Made by a program: the position numbers and the translations under genes. 64,000 bases of DNA, taken from Paraspadella gotoi. Taxonomy: Eukaryota; Animalia; Chaetognatha. Each line of letters begins with the position of its first letter. Positions within the stretch are counted from its first letter, which is position 1. The stretch lies in contig CM119269.1 in the NCBI GenBank assembly GCA_051294375.1, positions 2,894,026 to 2,958,025 of the forward strand, given 5' to 3'. Under the pieces are notes generated by a model, which saw only the letters and a program-made list of their open reading frames with translations, was not told where the DNA came from and did no database searches. This document shows positions 15,479-32,832 of the stretch, piece by piece.

Positions 15479-15619
15479 GAGAAGGGAAAGAGAGGGGGGA
15501 GAAGAGGAAAGAGAGGTTTGAAAGGGTGAAGAGAAAGGAGGAGACGCATAGCGGCAGTTTATGGGAAGCAAAGGTGCACTTTACGAAATACGAAGGTCGG
15601 ATGTTACGAAAATGACTAG

Positions 15620-15687
<68 letters not shown>

Positions 15688-16264
15688 TGGGGGCCTTCTT
15701 TTCACGCTTGAACGCGTCCCTTTTAGATCTTCGATAAGACGAAATTCTAGTCGAACTAATTGCGTAATGGATGGGTTGAGTTATGAAGAGATAATGAAAA
15801 GCGATGGTCCTTCTTTTCTCGTGCACGACCGTTGAAGGATTAACTTTTTTTTTTTACTTCGGATCAGAGAAACTTGAACTCATCAAAACCCTTTTTTTTT
15901 TTCTTAATTTCGTGACATTCTGCGGGTCTTGGAGTTAAGGTGCGTCAAAATTATATAGTTTTTAATTGTACTAGTCTTTTAGATTCTAACCGTTAACCCT
16001 GTTCTCCAATCTGCCTTTTACGAACGTTGACCTGGTCGTCCGACCTCTTTGCCTCGTCTTCTCTCGACCATCTGCAATGAACCCACGTCGCTTTTACGCT
16101 CTCGTCGTTGCTTAACCTCGCAATCCTGTCTTTCCCATTCTGACCTTCTATCCTATCTTGAGAGGAGGATGACCCCCAAGCGATCCTCTCCCATGGGCTA
16201 TGCCCCTTTCGCAATGGGCACCCATTGGGCACCCCGCAAAACTCTCTCTCTCTCTCTCTTCTGT

Positions 16265-16301
<37 letters not shown>

Positions 16302-16583
16302 TCTCTCTCTGCTCTCTCTCTCATCTCTCTCTCTCCTCTCTCTACCCCTACCTCTCTCTCTCTCTTCTCTCTCTTTTTTTCTCTTCCTCTCTCTTCTCTC
16401 TTTTCTCTCTATCCCTCTCCAATCCTTCTTTTTTTGCCCTGCGTTTGACCCTACACTCAACTTGACGCGTGTTTTTGTGACGTTTTTCCTTCAAGCAGCG
16501 ACAAATGTGAGTGCTTGCTCTTGCTTGGCTTGTTTTGCTTGCTTGCTTGCTTATCGCTTGCTTGCTTGCTGCTTGCTTTCTTT

Positions 16584-16644
<61 letters not shown>

Positions 16645-16943
16645 TTTCTTTTCTTTCTTTCTTTCTTTCTTGCCTGTCATGATCGCGGGAGAAAAAAAAA
16701 GCAGAAGAGGCAATAAGGGAGCAGAAAGAGCACAGAAGGAGCGGAGTCAAAAGCGCGGCGCGCGGAAAGGTCGCGGATTATGGTCGCTCACATGACTTTT
16801 TGACCACGAGCACGTGATGAACGCGTGAGTAGCATTCGATATTGTTGCTTGGTCCAAGTGGTGGCAATTCTTCGGTTTGTATGGCTTGATCATATCAGCG
16901 AGCGAATGTATCGGATTCCAAATTTCCTATATATCTTCTCTCA

Positions 16944-17050
<107 letters not shown>

Positions 17051-18386
17051 ATGGGCGATAATGTCAAAAACAGAAGAGAAAAAAGAAAGAAAACTAATGC
17101 TCCCGCTTCAGCAAAAAAAAATGTCGGCAACAACAACAACTACAACAACAACGACGACGACCAATAAACTCTAAAATGTCTTCTTTTCTGAAGACTTTTC
17201 TCCGTTGAGGGTTTAAGGCTCGAGATTTCCAAGCGCGCGCGTCTCTGCGTGCAATGCGTGCAATCGCACGTTAAAGAGAAGCACGATTTCGCAAATCGTC
17301 AACCGCGAAACCGGGCGGGAGAGGGAGTGCGTCATATGGATAGGGGGAAGTGGGCTGGGTACAAATGGAAGGGCAACGGCGGGGGCTGTTTCATAGAGGC
17401 TGTTGTTGCGGCGTCGTTGGGGTGGGCTGCTGCGGCGGCGGCGGCGGACGCGGCGGAGGCGGTTTTCGAATTCGTTTCTTATCGATATCTTGAGATTTTT
17501 GAGAAAAGAGGGGAGGAGGAAGAGGAAGAGGAGGGGACTGAAGGGATGAGAAGCGGGGGAGATGATTCCGACGGAGACGAGAATACTACGGTAAATGTTG
17601 ACGAATAACTTAACAACGTTAACCTAATATTAATTTTAAATCGTCAAGTTTTTTTCCGATACAGGAAAGACGAAGACGAAAACGCCAAGGTTAAAGACGA
17701 CAACGATATAAACGATGACGATGACGAATAAGCCCAATCGCTATTCTCCGCCAATGACGTTAATATTTCAAAACGGGACAATAAATCATGGCTGCGCCCT
17801 TTCTCTTCGCGCGCAACCGCGCACGTGTAATCGCTTCGATTTACAAACCGCGCCACGTGGATTTCGGCTCGTGACGATTCTCGATCGCAGATGGCGCATC
17901 TTCCTTGCGCGATGAATAATGTAAAATGTCTAATAATATCAAACATGTCTGAATTGAGGATTTAGTTTATAATTAATTATAAATTTTAGATTAAATAATT
18001 CAGCAAAATCGAATTCGCATTACACTCCGGGTAAGAAATTGAACGAAAAAAAAAGTCCTTCGCATTTTCTTGACATTCGTCCAATTTTCGGCGACGTTTT
18101 CACGCCCAATCGATGCAGCCGGAGCCGCAGGAGATGCCCAGAGCCGGAGCGGCGGCGGCCGGTCCTCGAAGCTGGTTCCGGAGCTTCGTCGGACTGCGGG
18201 CGATTTGCCGGCGCTGCGGCAGCCTCAAGCATTCGCCTGAAGGCCGAACTTATCCTCGGTCAAATCTGTCTGTCTTCATCTCTATCTCTTTTTTCTCTGA
18301 GTTTTTGAGACAGTAAATTTAACCCAAAAACGGAAACGGAACCAGGGGAGAAATAGAGAAAAAAAAAATAGAATGAGAGAGAGAGA

Positions 18387-18425
<39 letters not shown>

Positions 18426-18915
18426 AAATATGAAAATTTAATTACACTCCTTTGTCACATACAAACCCCCAAATCCATATTTTTTCAACAGATGTTTTTG
18501 ATTATAGTTTTCGACCAATCATAAGGCGATCTTCGTTCTCCGCGACCAATGAGGCACCTCGAATGAAATAAATCTCTAACTCGCTGTTAAGAAGACGAAG
18601 ACGAAATCAAATCAGATGATAACAAGGGCCATCTGGCTGATCTTTGTTTCCCAACAAAAGTGGGCATTCGTCGTCTTCCAACCTGGCTGGTGGTCATTAT
18701 TTCTTTACCATTCCTCTGTGTCACAATTATATTTATTCTCATTGTCCATATCAATGTTCTTCTCTCTGCCAAAGTTCTAATAAATTGCCAGTCTTCCTAA
18801 TACATTCTTTAGCTCCCTAATAGCATTAAAGCAGTTTGCGGGCTTTTTTGTTTTCGGTTTTCTTCGCTGCAGGTGGTTGTGCGCACTCTCNNNNNNNNNN
18901 NNNNNNNNNNNNNNN

Positions 18916-24034
<5,119 letters not shown>

Positions 24035-26950
24035 TTTTCATCAATAGTGGGCGTGTCCCAAACCGGAAATAGTGCTCGATAATCAATTAAATATGTAATA
24101 TTAAAAGTTTTTGATCTATTCTGACTACTAATGGTTTTTTACTATTATATGACAGCTTTATAACAAAGGATTATCATCCATATCATAAAAAAATCTTATC
24201 ATATTTATCAATTATTACATCTTAAAAGGTTCGTTTTTTAATAGCCAAGGACTTTAACTTTAACTGTAAAATATTTAAAATTTCATTTCAATTCATTCAA
24301 TTAATGAGACTTTCCTAATTTTTTAATTAATTCCTGGTTGTAATTTTTAATACCTTTTACTAATTTAATTTTTTTTCATCAGTAATTTTTTACTGGCATT
24401 TCCATTTTTTTATGCTCAAAAACTATAGCCGGAAGTTAGACCCTTTTTTCATAAAGTTTAATGTAAATCTTTAGAGGGAATACCCTGTTTTTAAGTTTTT
24501 CCAAGTGAAGGAGAAGAGAAAACAATATCCATGCATCATAAAGTGAATCAGATTATATAATTTTCTTTTCTTTTCCTTAAAAAAACCTTCAATCCAGCAA
24601 TAAAAAAATTATCATTTATACCATTATGTGAAATCCTTTCTTTCGTCGCGTTTTTTGAATTGGAAAGAGTTTGAAGTAGTTCAAGCAAACAATTTTTCTT
24701 TAAACAGTGAAAATGTTTTCTTTTTTTCAAATAGCTATCTCTATCTCTCTTTCTCTGCCTAAACCTAACTGTCTATCCTCGACCGTCTATCCTTTCTCAA
24801 TCTTTGTTGAAAATTTTTCTCTCTCTCTTTCTCTCTCTTCCTCTCTCTCTCTCTTCCCTTACTCTCACCTAATTCTACTCTCTCTTCCTTTCTCTCCTCT
24901 CTCTCCAAATATTTTTTGTGAAGTAATAAAAACTGTTGACAATTCATAAATGTGGATGAAGACTTGAATAAAATGTTAAAACAATGTTCACTGTTTAAAA
25001 TCTGATACGAATATAAGATCAAGTTTTAATAAGCTGTATAAACTTATTAATTAGTTTTTTTTCTATTTTAGTTTCATTTAACTTTAGTCCCAAGGGTTTT
25101 AGAAGTAAGACGATTCTTATTCAAACCTTGAGTATATCAGTTTCATTATAATAAATAATACAGCATATAAAATTATTAAATATTTTATTGTTTTGATAAG
25201 GAATAACAAATATTTAGTTCATTTTTATTACTTTCATGCGAATATTTTGATTCTTATGAACAAAACATTTTTCAAGGCAGTTCTTTTGTATTTTGCTTCT
25301 CTCTCTTTCTCTCTCTCTCTACCTGACTTTTTCAGGAACAATTTACTTTTACTCTGGACTGCCTTTAAAAATGATTAGTTCATAAGAATCAAAATGTTGG
25401 CAAAAAAGTAAGAAAATTATACTTATAAATCCCACCACGAATTGCCTAATACTAAATATTTTTTTAGTCCTTGTCAAAAAAAAAGTTTAAATGCTTAATA
25501 CTAATTCATTATCTCCTGTGCATATGATGTCTCTTCAACAATGAATAAAGAAATAATATTAATTCTGAATTTTAACAGTTACTAAGAAACGAATCTTTTG
25601 TAACTGATATTTATTTTGTCTATTTAGAGCTACGATAGGTTTTTATGATATATATGATAATTCTTTGTGATACAACTATCATTTGACAATAAAAAACCAT
25701 TATATTTATAGTAGATCAAAAACTATTAATATTGCGTAATTCATCAGTTTTTGAGCGTCATTTCCGGTGATGGACACGCCCACTATGGGTAAGAACCTTT
25801 TTTAAAAAAAAAATTAAGTAAAACTTATTAAATAATGAGAATAACTTCAAATTTAAGCAATTATTATTTTTATAAAACTATTTTCTTATCTTGCAATTAA
25901 AGAAAAGAGAAAAATTCCATGTAGTCAACGTCAACTTCCGGTCAATTGTGCGTAGGTCTAACGCAAAATCTGATTGAGGACACCTTGTTAATCGTTTTAA
26001 GCACATAAAATTATACTAGAAACTGTACAGGATTGTGAAAATAAATATTCAACATATGCATATTCTGTAACCATAATCCTAACCCGAGCCTCTAACCCTA
26101 AACCCTAGTTTTTAACCTTAATCCCTAACTTTAATCACAAAGCTTATCCCTAACCTAATATGGACCTTATAATGAATTTAAGACGAAATGGGGCGTTCCG
26201 GGAAAATAAGGTCAAAACGGGCTTACGCTACTTGTTATTGCGTTTATAATAATAAGAATCTGTCTCGAAAAATTGCAATCTGTCAAAAACGATGAGGAAA
26301 ACTCTTAATTTATGACTTTTCTTAAACCTTCGTTATCCAAATGAATTCGATGAAGCTCCATCAAACCGTTTGTTTTTTATTTCATTTTTAAGTCGTCAGA
26401 ATATCAACCTACGCTCTCTCTCGGCGAATCAGAATGCACAACAAAACATTTTTACCAAGAATCATATATTTTATCGTCATTATCGTCAATAATAACACCA
26501 AAAAAATCCTCATACAAGGCTTTAGTTTATATTTCTGAATTTTTGCTCAAAGACTTTTAATATCTTCGTACAATAATGTACAATTTTTTAGTATGACTCA
26601 AGATGGTAATTAAAAAAACATCATTTTAACTTAGTGAAGGCACAATGTAGTTTTATTTTTGAAAAAAAAACTATCGTTTTAGTTTTCCGAGTCCATGCCA
26701 TTATCGATTAGCTTTTCATACAGCGCGTTATCGGTTCTAAACATTTTCCGAGCGGTAAAACAGATATTGATTTATTACAACTATTTACATGGCATGATTA
26801 AAATAAAAAAACGGTATTTGGTCAAAATAGTTTTCAAATACAATATGAAGACCAGCTTCGACATTAGTTCAGTTTACACATCAGAGCCTCGGTGTACATA
26901 CTGAATGTGAATGCAGCTTAACTTAGGAAAAACAGGATGATAGGAGAAAT

Positions 26951-27038
<88 letters not shown>

Positions 27039-27987
27039 AGTAAAAACAAGTTTGAGCAAACAATGTCGGATCTTCCTACGATAATTAAGCGGTATTAAGC
27101 TAATCCGATGACAAATCAAGGTAATTTTTTCTTCTTTCAATATGTGATCTTAACAAATGATAACATAACAAATCATCCAAGTTTTTTGCTAAGGTGGGAC
27201 AGACGGACGGACGGACGGACGGACATCATTTTTTTTGCATAATTTATCATAATTCAATGTTCTGACATGAAATAAGTTAATGCCCGACAAGATTGAGGGG
27301 GCGGACCGACGGACCGACATAGTGAATCAAAAAAAAATGAATCAAGGTGTTAGTCTTTTATACACAATAAAAGCTTCACAAATCCGCTGCCCTGCTAAAA
27401 TATCAATAAGGTGTATAATTAAAGAAAGATTTTTAACAAAACTAAACAATATAGAACAGTTTAGAGCCACATTCACACGCTCAACTTTTTTGACTAGAGG
27501 AAGTTACTAGAGATCTTTAAGACACCATAGATTGGATTATGAGAAAACCGTTACCGATTTTAGTTTACTTAGCCATTGAAAAAAAAAGCTTATTTATAAA
27601 ATTAATTTTTATATTGGTTGTACCAATTTCATAAAACATTGGTTCATGTACTACGTCTATGAATATACAGTAGAAATTCTTAACATCAAATAATAAAATT
27701 AGAATGTTGTGAGCTGTGCAAATAATTTTAAAGGCATTTAGTTTCTGTGTAATTGTAGAATGGAGGGAATTAAAAAAAGCAAATGACGAAAAATAAAACA
27801 ATTTAAGAATATCCAAGAAATTTCTTAACTATTTTTTATCGAGACAGCCGGTCCTGGCTCGATTTCCGTTCGGTTGAGCTTCTTTGTGACGTCGTCGTCG
27901 TTGTCGTCGGCGTCACTCTTTTTTATATAAAAACTACTACGCTTTTATAGTTTTGGCTGGGACTTACAGTTTTTTTAAAATAATGTC

Positions 27988-28170
27988 AATGAATGACTAT
28001 CATCGCATCAATGAATGATTATCATCCGATCAATGAAGGACTATCATCGCATCAATGAATGATTATCATCGCATGAATGAATGACTATCATCGCATCCAT
28101 CATTATTGGATATGGTTATGGTTATCATCGCATTAATACTTGGTTATCATCGCATCAATATTAGGTTATC
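27988..28170. repeat. ~22-bp minisatellite (aatgaatgactatcatcgcatc)n downstream of the sialomucin stop
   Basis: Direct reading of several decaying units. Confidence 0.85.
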
Positions 28171-28366
28171 ATCTAAGGCTGTCTAGATTTTTTTGTTTAC
28201 CTTTTTTTTGGAAAATAGTAAGCAATTTTAACACTTGTTTAAAAAAAATTAGATGTTTTTGGAAAGAAAGTGCCAAGAAAAAGTTTGTCGTCCTATTAAT
28301 GACAAAAAACATGGGCAAATGCCGCAAGCACAAAATCGCTTTTTTTTTTTGTGGTTTTTTTCCTTA

Positions 28367-29894
28367 TCACAAAGTGTGATAGCTCCTGTCACTCTTGCTT
28401 TTGTAAAACTTGCACCCAAAGAAAAGCAGTGCCAAAATTCCGGCGCAGAGAATAAAGCCGCCGATGAAGCTTCCGAAGTCGAATCCACCGGTTTTCGGCT
28501 TCTCCGTCGGACCTTTGGTTGTCACGGGAGAGGGCTCAGTAGGCGCTCCTGTCGGCGGGGCGTTGGTCGTGGGAGTTTCCGTGGACGAACCGTTCGACGG
28601 TGTTGATGGACTCGTTTCATGAGCCGTCGAAGGTGGCGTCGTAGGTGGCGTCGTAGGTGGCGTCGTAGGTGGCGTCGTAGGTGCTGTAGAATTCGTTGGA
28701 GCCGACGAAGGGTCTTCGGTCGTCGTGGAATTCGGCGGCGAAATTGTGGTCGTCGCCGTCGATTCCGGCGTTGTGGGATCAGGCGTCGACGGTTCCGGCG
28801 TTGTGGGACCAGGCGTCGACGGTTCCGGCGTTGTGGGACCAGGCGTCGACGGTTCCGGCGTTGTGGGATCAGGCTTCGACGGTTCCTTGCTCGTTGGGGA
28901 TGGTGATTTTTTCGGATTATCACCAGCGTCTTTCGCCGTTGGCGTCGGTGGAACCGAAGCGGAGCCCACAACTGACGTAAAACAATAGATGTGATCTCAC
29001 TTCAGTTTGACAAAAAAACCTTAGCGAGTCAATGAAAAAGTCCTTTGCTTCGGCTATTCTCCGCTTTGATTGCTTGCCCTTTGTAAAATTAGTATTGCGA
29101 TATATATATTACTTTCTTTTCGTTGTTTCAGTTAGTTAAAGTTTGATTTGGATTGTGACAACGATTAGTTTTATTATTATAAAACAGACATGTTTCGGCT
29201 TTACTTTCAAGACTTCATCCGCGTAAACAATTTTGTGCCGAAACATGTCTGTTTTATAATAATAAAACTAATCGTTGTCACAATCCAAATCAAACTTTCT
29301 CTAAGTAAAGTTAGTAAAATTGAATAACATTTACCATTTAAAGTTTCTTTCTATTCGTTGTGTGTGAAATTTATAAGGTAAAAGACGAAAATCTTTTTAC
29401 AACAACAATTTTATTGAACGGATATTTTTCGACTTTACCTTCCAAGCTTTTGACAGGCTTACAAAGTAAAGCCGAAACATGTCCGTTCAGTAAAATTGTC
29501 GTTGTTGTAAAAAGATTTTCGTCTTTTACCTTATAAAATTAAATAAAAAATGAGCAATAAAGATTGAACTATAAATAAATCATATCACGAAAACGTAAAT
29601 CATTTATTGTTTAAAGACCAACGAAGTGGTCAACGGTTTCTACAACACCATGGAATCATCATAGAATCTAGAGATAAGGAAATTTGGTGATTCCTTTCCT
29701 ACTACATAATTCTTGCGGGCAGCTAAAGTGTTTCGGCATATTATGTATTATGTAGGTCAATGTAATGTTAATTTCTATCTCAACTTCTATCATGAGTGTT
29801 TTTTCAAATTTGACTGAAATATTGTTTACTTACTTGTTACAAAGACGATTAATAAAATAACCGACTTCAATGGGAAAGAGACGAAGTAGACCAT
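28367..29894 (-). CDS. CD164/porimin-family sialomucin (exons 29894-29834, 28971-28367)
   Basis: Signal peptide MVYFVSFPLKSVILLIVFVT with a phase-1 gtaagt/tcag intron, then a Pro/Thr/Ser mucin with PTTPEPSTP[DG] and TTPP repeats, FDFGSFIGG preceding a TM helix, and a C-terminal YHTL lysosomal sorting motif. Confidence 0.88.
29139..29537. mobile_element. Two Penelope-like inverted-repeat remnants with degenerate minimal hammerheads in the sialomucin intron
   Basis: Inverted arms ~29139-29199/29237-29298 and ~29369-29421/29482-29537 contain gccGAAACATGTC. The CTGATGA box is mutated (CGGATGA) or lost. Confidence 0.6.
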
Positions 29895-30693
29895 TTTGCA
29901 TTTGTTTTTTTTTAACTATGCAAATAAGAATTTAGTTGATTAATGTTAGTTTGAGAGAAGAAATATTGTATTGTGTTTACAATCAACGATTTTTAAAATA
30001 GAAACAAATAACGTACAAATAATTGATTAATGTTAAGAGTTTTTAAGCTTTAGTGAAAAAAGTGTTAGGACCCGCCGGTCCGTCCTCCTAAAACGTCCCC
30101 GAGAATATTCTAGAGAGCTGCTTCAAACGCTCCTAACAAAAGTGAGAAATGTGATGGTGTTGTGATGTTGAATCATCAGAGGACCCTCATCTTTTTAAAG
30201 AACAAATAAATTCAAAAAATCTAAATTACGAAATATCCGGAAATATTTAGGAACGTATCTATTCAATAAGGATTCAAAGGAATTTCAACTGTTCAAGTTC
30301 AACTGTATGATTGTAGTAATAGTAATAATTTTAAAATCTCGTAGTAGAACAAAGACAAGGCAGATTTTTTTTGGATTACGCATATGTATGGTTGACATCT
30401 GATCATCCGCCTCCTTTTACGTCATCGATTGCCGCAACCTCTAGTGTTAAAACAAAAGAGCATCTCATTATTTGGTTGATCTGTGACTGTGCTCGTCTTG
30501 TATTTTGATGCTAGTGTTGAGTACAATAAGTATTCCCCGATCTAATACTTAAGGGAGTGGTCTTTTCATACAATTGAAACATTCTTTGAAATATTTTCCA
30601 CTTCATTGATAGGGAAGCCAGGTACTCTGGGAGTGAATAAACGAGACTGTGTGAGAGTCTTGATTGAAAGCTTGCAGGGACCTGCTATGTCAT

Positions 30694-30756
30694 TATCTTG
30701 TAAGAGTGATGGAGGCCTTAAACCACCAAAGCCTGTCCAAAGTCAGGGGCAAGATA
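30694..30756 (+). ncRNA. Type-P5 twister ribozyme (family 3)
   Basis: tatcttgt aa gagt GA TGG aggcct TAA acc AC caaag cctg TCCAAAGT cagg g gcaagata. P5 8 bp, T1 CCA/TGG, T2 AC/GT, predicted cut at 30719/30720. Confidence 0.75.
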
Positions 30757-30799
30757 GCTTATTTATTAAATGAATGGATAATTTTTATATTGGTTGTAC

Positions 30800-31904
30800 T
30801 AGAGGTTCCGATAACCATTAATTTTTGAGAAATTTCGCTTAACCGTTAAAACTAATATTTTTAACGGTTAACCGTTAAAATCGGTTAATTTTATAATATA
30901 ACTTTTAGAGAGGAAAACAATTTATTTGTTTTGTTTCGGACATGTTTCGACTCTACAATTAGAGTCTTCATCAGCAATGCTTATTTTTCTAGTTGTTAGT
31001 TTCTTAAACGCTTGTTTTCTGTTTTTTATTTTTTTCATAAGCCATAACCATAAATATAAATTATTAATAATATTTTTTTGATTGAAAGTTTGATTGATCG
31101 ATTGATCCAAAGATTTATTGATTATTAAATATTTTTTTCAGTTTTATTAAAAAATATATCCATGATTGAAGGATAGCCTTAATGTCCATTTTAAGATTAG
31201 TTCCTTCTATTATTAATTTTTTATTACATTTATTTTTATTTGGTTTTTTTAATAATTTTTTCATTCATTTTGGTTTTATTTTATTTGCTTCTTTGTTTGT
31301 TTAAAGAGTGAAATAAAAAATAGCAAAATAGGATATATTATTTATATAAGAATTTAATTTGCAAGAAAATGTATGCAACTATTTGCATGTGCATATATAT
31401 TATATTTCATTATATTCTTTGATGTAAATGCATAAAATTAATTGAAAGGAAAAACGAAAAAAAAATTGGGAAAAAATAAGTAAGAAAAAGAAAAAAACAC
31501 TGGAAGGGAAGAAAAAAAATGAAAAAGGTAAAAGAAAAGGGAGAAAAAAGGAGAGAAAAGAAAGGGAGAAAAGAAGGAGGGGAAAGAGAGAAAGAAAGAG
31601 ATAGGTACAGAAGGAGATTAGTATAGAAAAAGATTAAAAGGGTTGAAAATAACAAAGGAAAAAAATAGGAAAAATGGAAAAGAGAGAGAGGTGAAAAAAT
31701 ATGGTGAGAAAAGGGAGAGAGAATAAGAGAGGACAAGAAAAAATTACTTTTCTTTTAAAAAATCAAAGATTTTATACAAAAAAATAAAAAAATCATATTT
31801 AAAAATTAACCAAATTTAACCGTTAAAATAAATATATTAACGGTTAGGTTAAAATTATTTTTAACCGTTAATAACCGTTAACTGTTAACGGTTATCGTAA
31901 CCTA
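30800..31904. mobile_element. hAT-like MITE
   Basis: 8-bp TSD GGTTGTAC (30792-30799, 31905-31912), imperfect TIR TAGAGGTTCCGATAACC / GGTTATCGTAACCTA, subterminal TAACCGTTAA repeats at both ends. Confidence 0.85.
30939..30974 (-). ncRNA. Minimal type I hammerhead ribozyme (Penelope-type) nested in the MITE
   Basis: CTGATGA a gactcta attg tagagtc GAAA CATG TC; 7-bp stem II, short stem I. Confidence 0.7.
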
Positions 31905-32129
31905 GGTTGTACCAATTTCATAAAATTCAGCTCCTTGTATTTTGATGCTAGTGCGGAGTACAATAAGTATTCCCCGATCTAATACTTAGGGAGTGGTCTT
32001 TTCATACAATTGAAACATTCTTTGAAATATTTTCCACTTCATTGATAGGGAAGCCAGGTACTCTGGGAGTGAATAAACGAGACTGTGATAGAGTCTTGAT
32101 TGAAAGCTTGCAGGGACCTGCTATGTCAT

Positions 32130-32191
32130 TATCTTGTAAGAGTGATGGAGGCCTTAAACCACCAAAGCCTGTCCAAAGTCAGGGCAAGATA
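32130..32191 (+). ncRNA. Type-P5 twister ribozyme (family 3, unit 2)
   Basis: Same core as 30694-30756; predicted cut at 32155/32156. Confidence 0.75.
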
Positions 32192-32340
32192 GCTTATTTA
32201 TTAAATGAATGGATAGTTTTTATATTGGTTGTTATGGTGGACTAAAATCCACAAACCGTTCATCAGCGGCCATTGGTGCCGGAGGCAAGTCATTCGCCTC
32301 CCAACCCAAAGGTCCGGGGTTCTAGCCCGGTGGTCGTCTG

Positions 32341-32415
32341 GCAGTTAAGAGGGACGGGGCGCTTAAACCCGCCTGTAACATGGTGTTACAGCCTGATCCG
32401 AAGCTCAGGGACTGC
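32341..32415 (+). ncRNA. Type-P5 twister ribozyme (family 1, 5' LTR)
   Basis: gcagtt aa gagg GA CGG ggcgct TAA (a)ccc GC c tgtaaca tgg tgttaca g cctga TCCGAAGC tcagg gactgc; T1 CCG/CGG. Confidence 0.72.
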
Positions 32416-32759
32416 TTATATTGAACGGTTCTGTCATTAACACATCAATAATTACTGTCTCTTCATTGGTGAGCCCGACTTCCGAACACAACAGCAACAA
32501 CAACACTTTCAGGCGACATGCCTCAACCTGGCGATGCACTTTCCGCCCACAACACATCAGGCGACATGCCTCAACTTGGTGACGAACTTTTCCACCAACA
32601 ACAATTCACTGAAGAGACGCAACAGACTTCTCCCTACGGGAGGGGGGATGTATGGTGGACTAAAATCCACCAACCGTTCATCAGCGGCCATTGGTGCCGG
32701 AGGCAAGTCATTCGCCTCCCAACCCAAAGGTCCGGGGTTCTAGCCCGGTGGTCGTTCTG

Positions 32760-32832
32760 GCAGTTAAGAGGACGGGGCGCTTAACCCGCCTGTAACATGG
32801 TGTTACAGCCTGATCCGAAGCTCAGGGACTGC
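32760..32832 (+). ncRNA. Type-P5 twister ribozyme (family 1, 3' LTR)
   Basis: Same fold; predicted cut at 32782/32783, 418 nt from the 5' LTR cut site. Confidence 0.72.

Noticed and set aside
26068-26160. Telomere-like TAACCC repeats
   Set aside because: Short, highly degenerate and interstitial; likely part of a repeat.
27988-28170. CRISPR-like periodicity
   Set aside because: Contiguous minisatellite with no unique spacers, in a eukaryotic context.
32266-32337. tRNA gene
   Set aside because: Anticodon and D stems are broken and it is embedded in an LTR; treated as a tRNA-derived promoter module.
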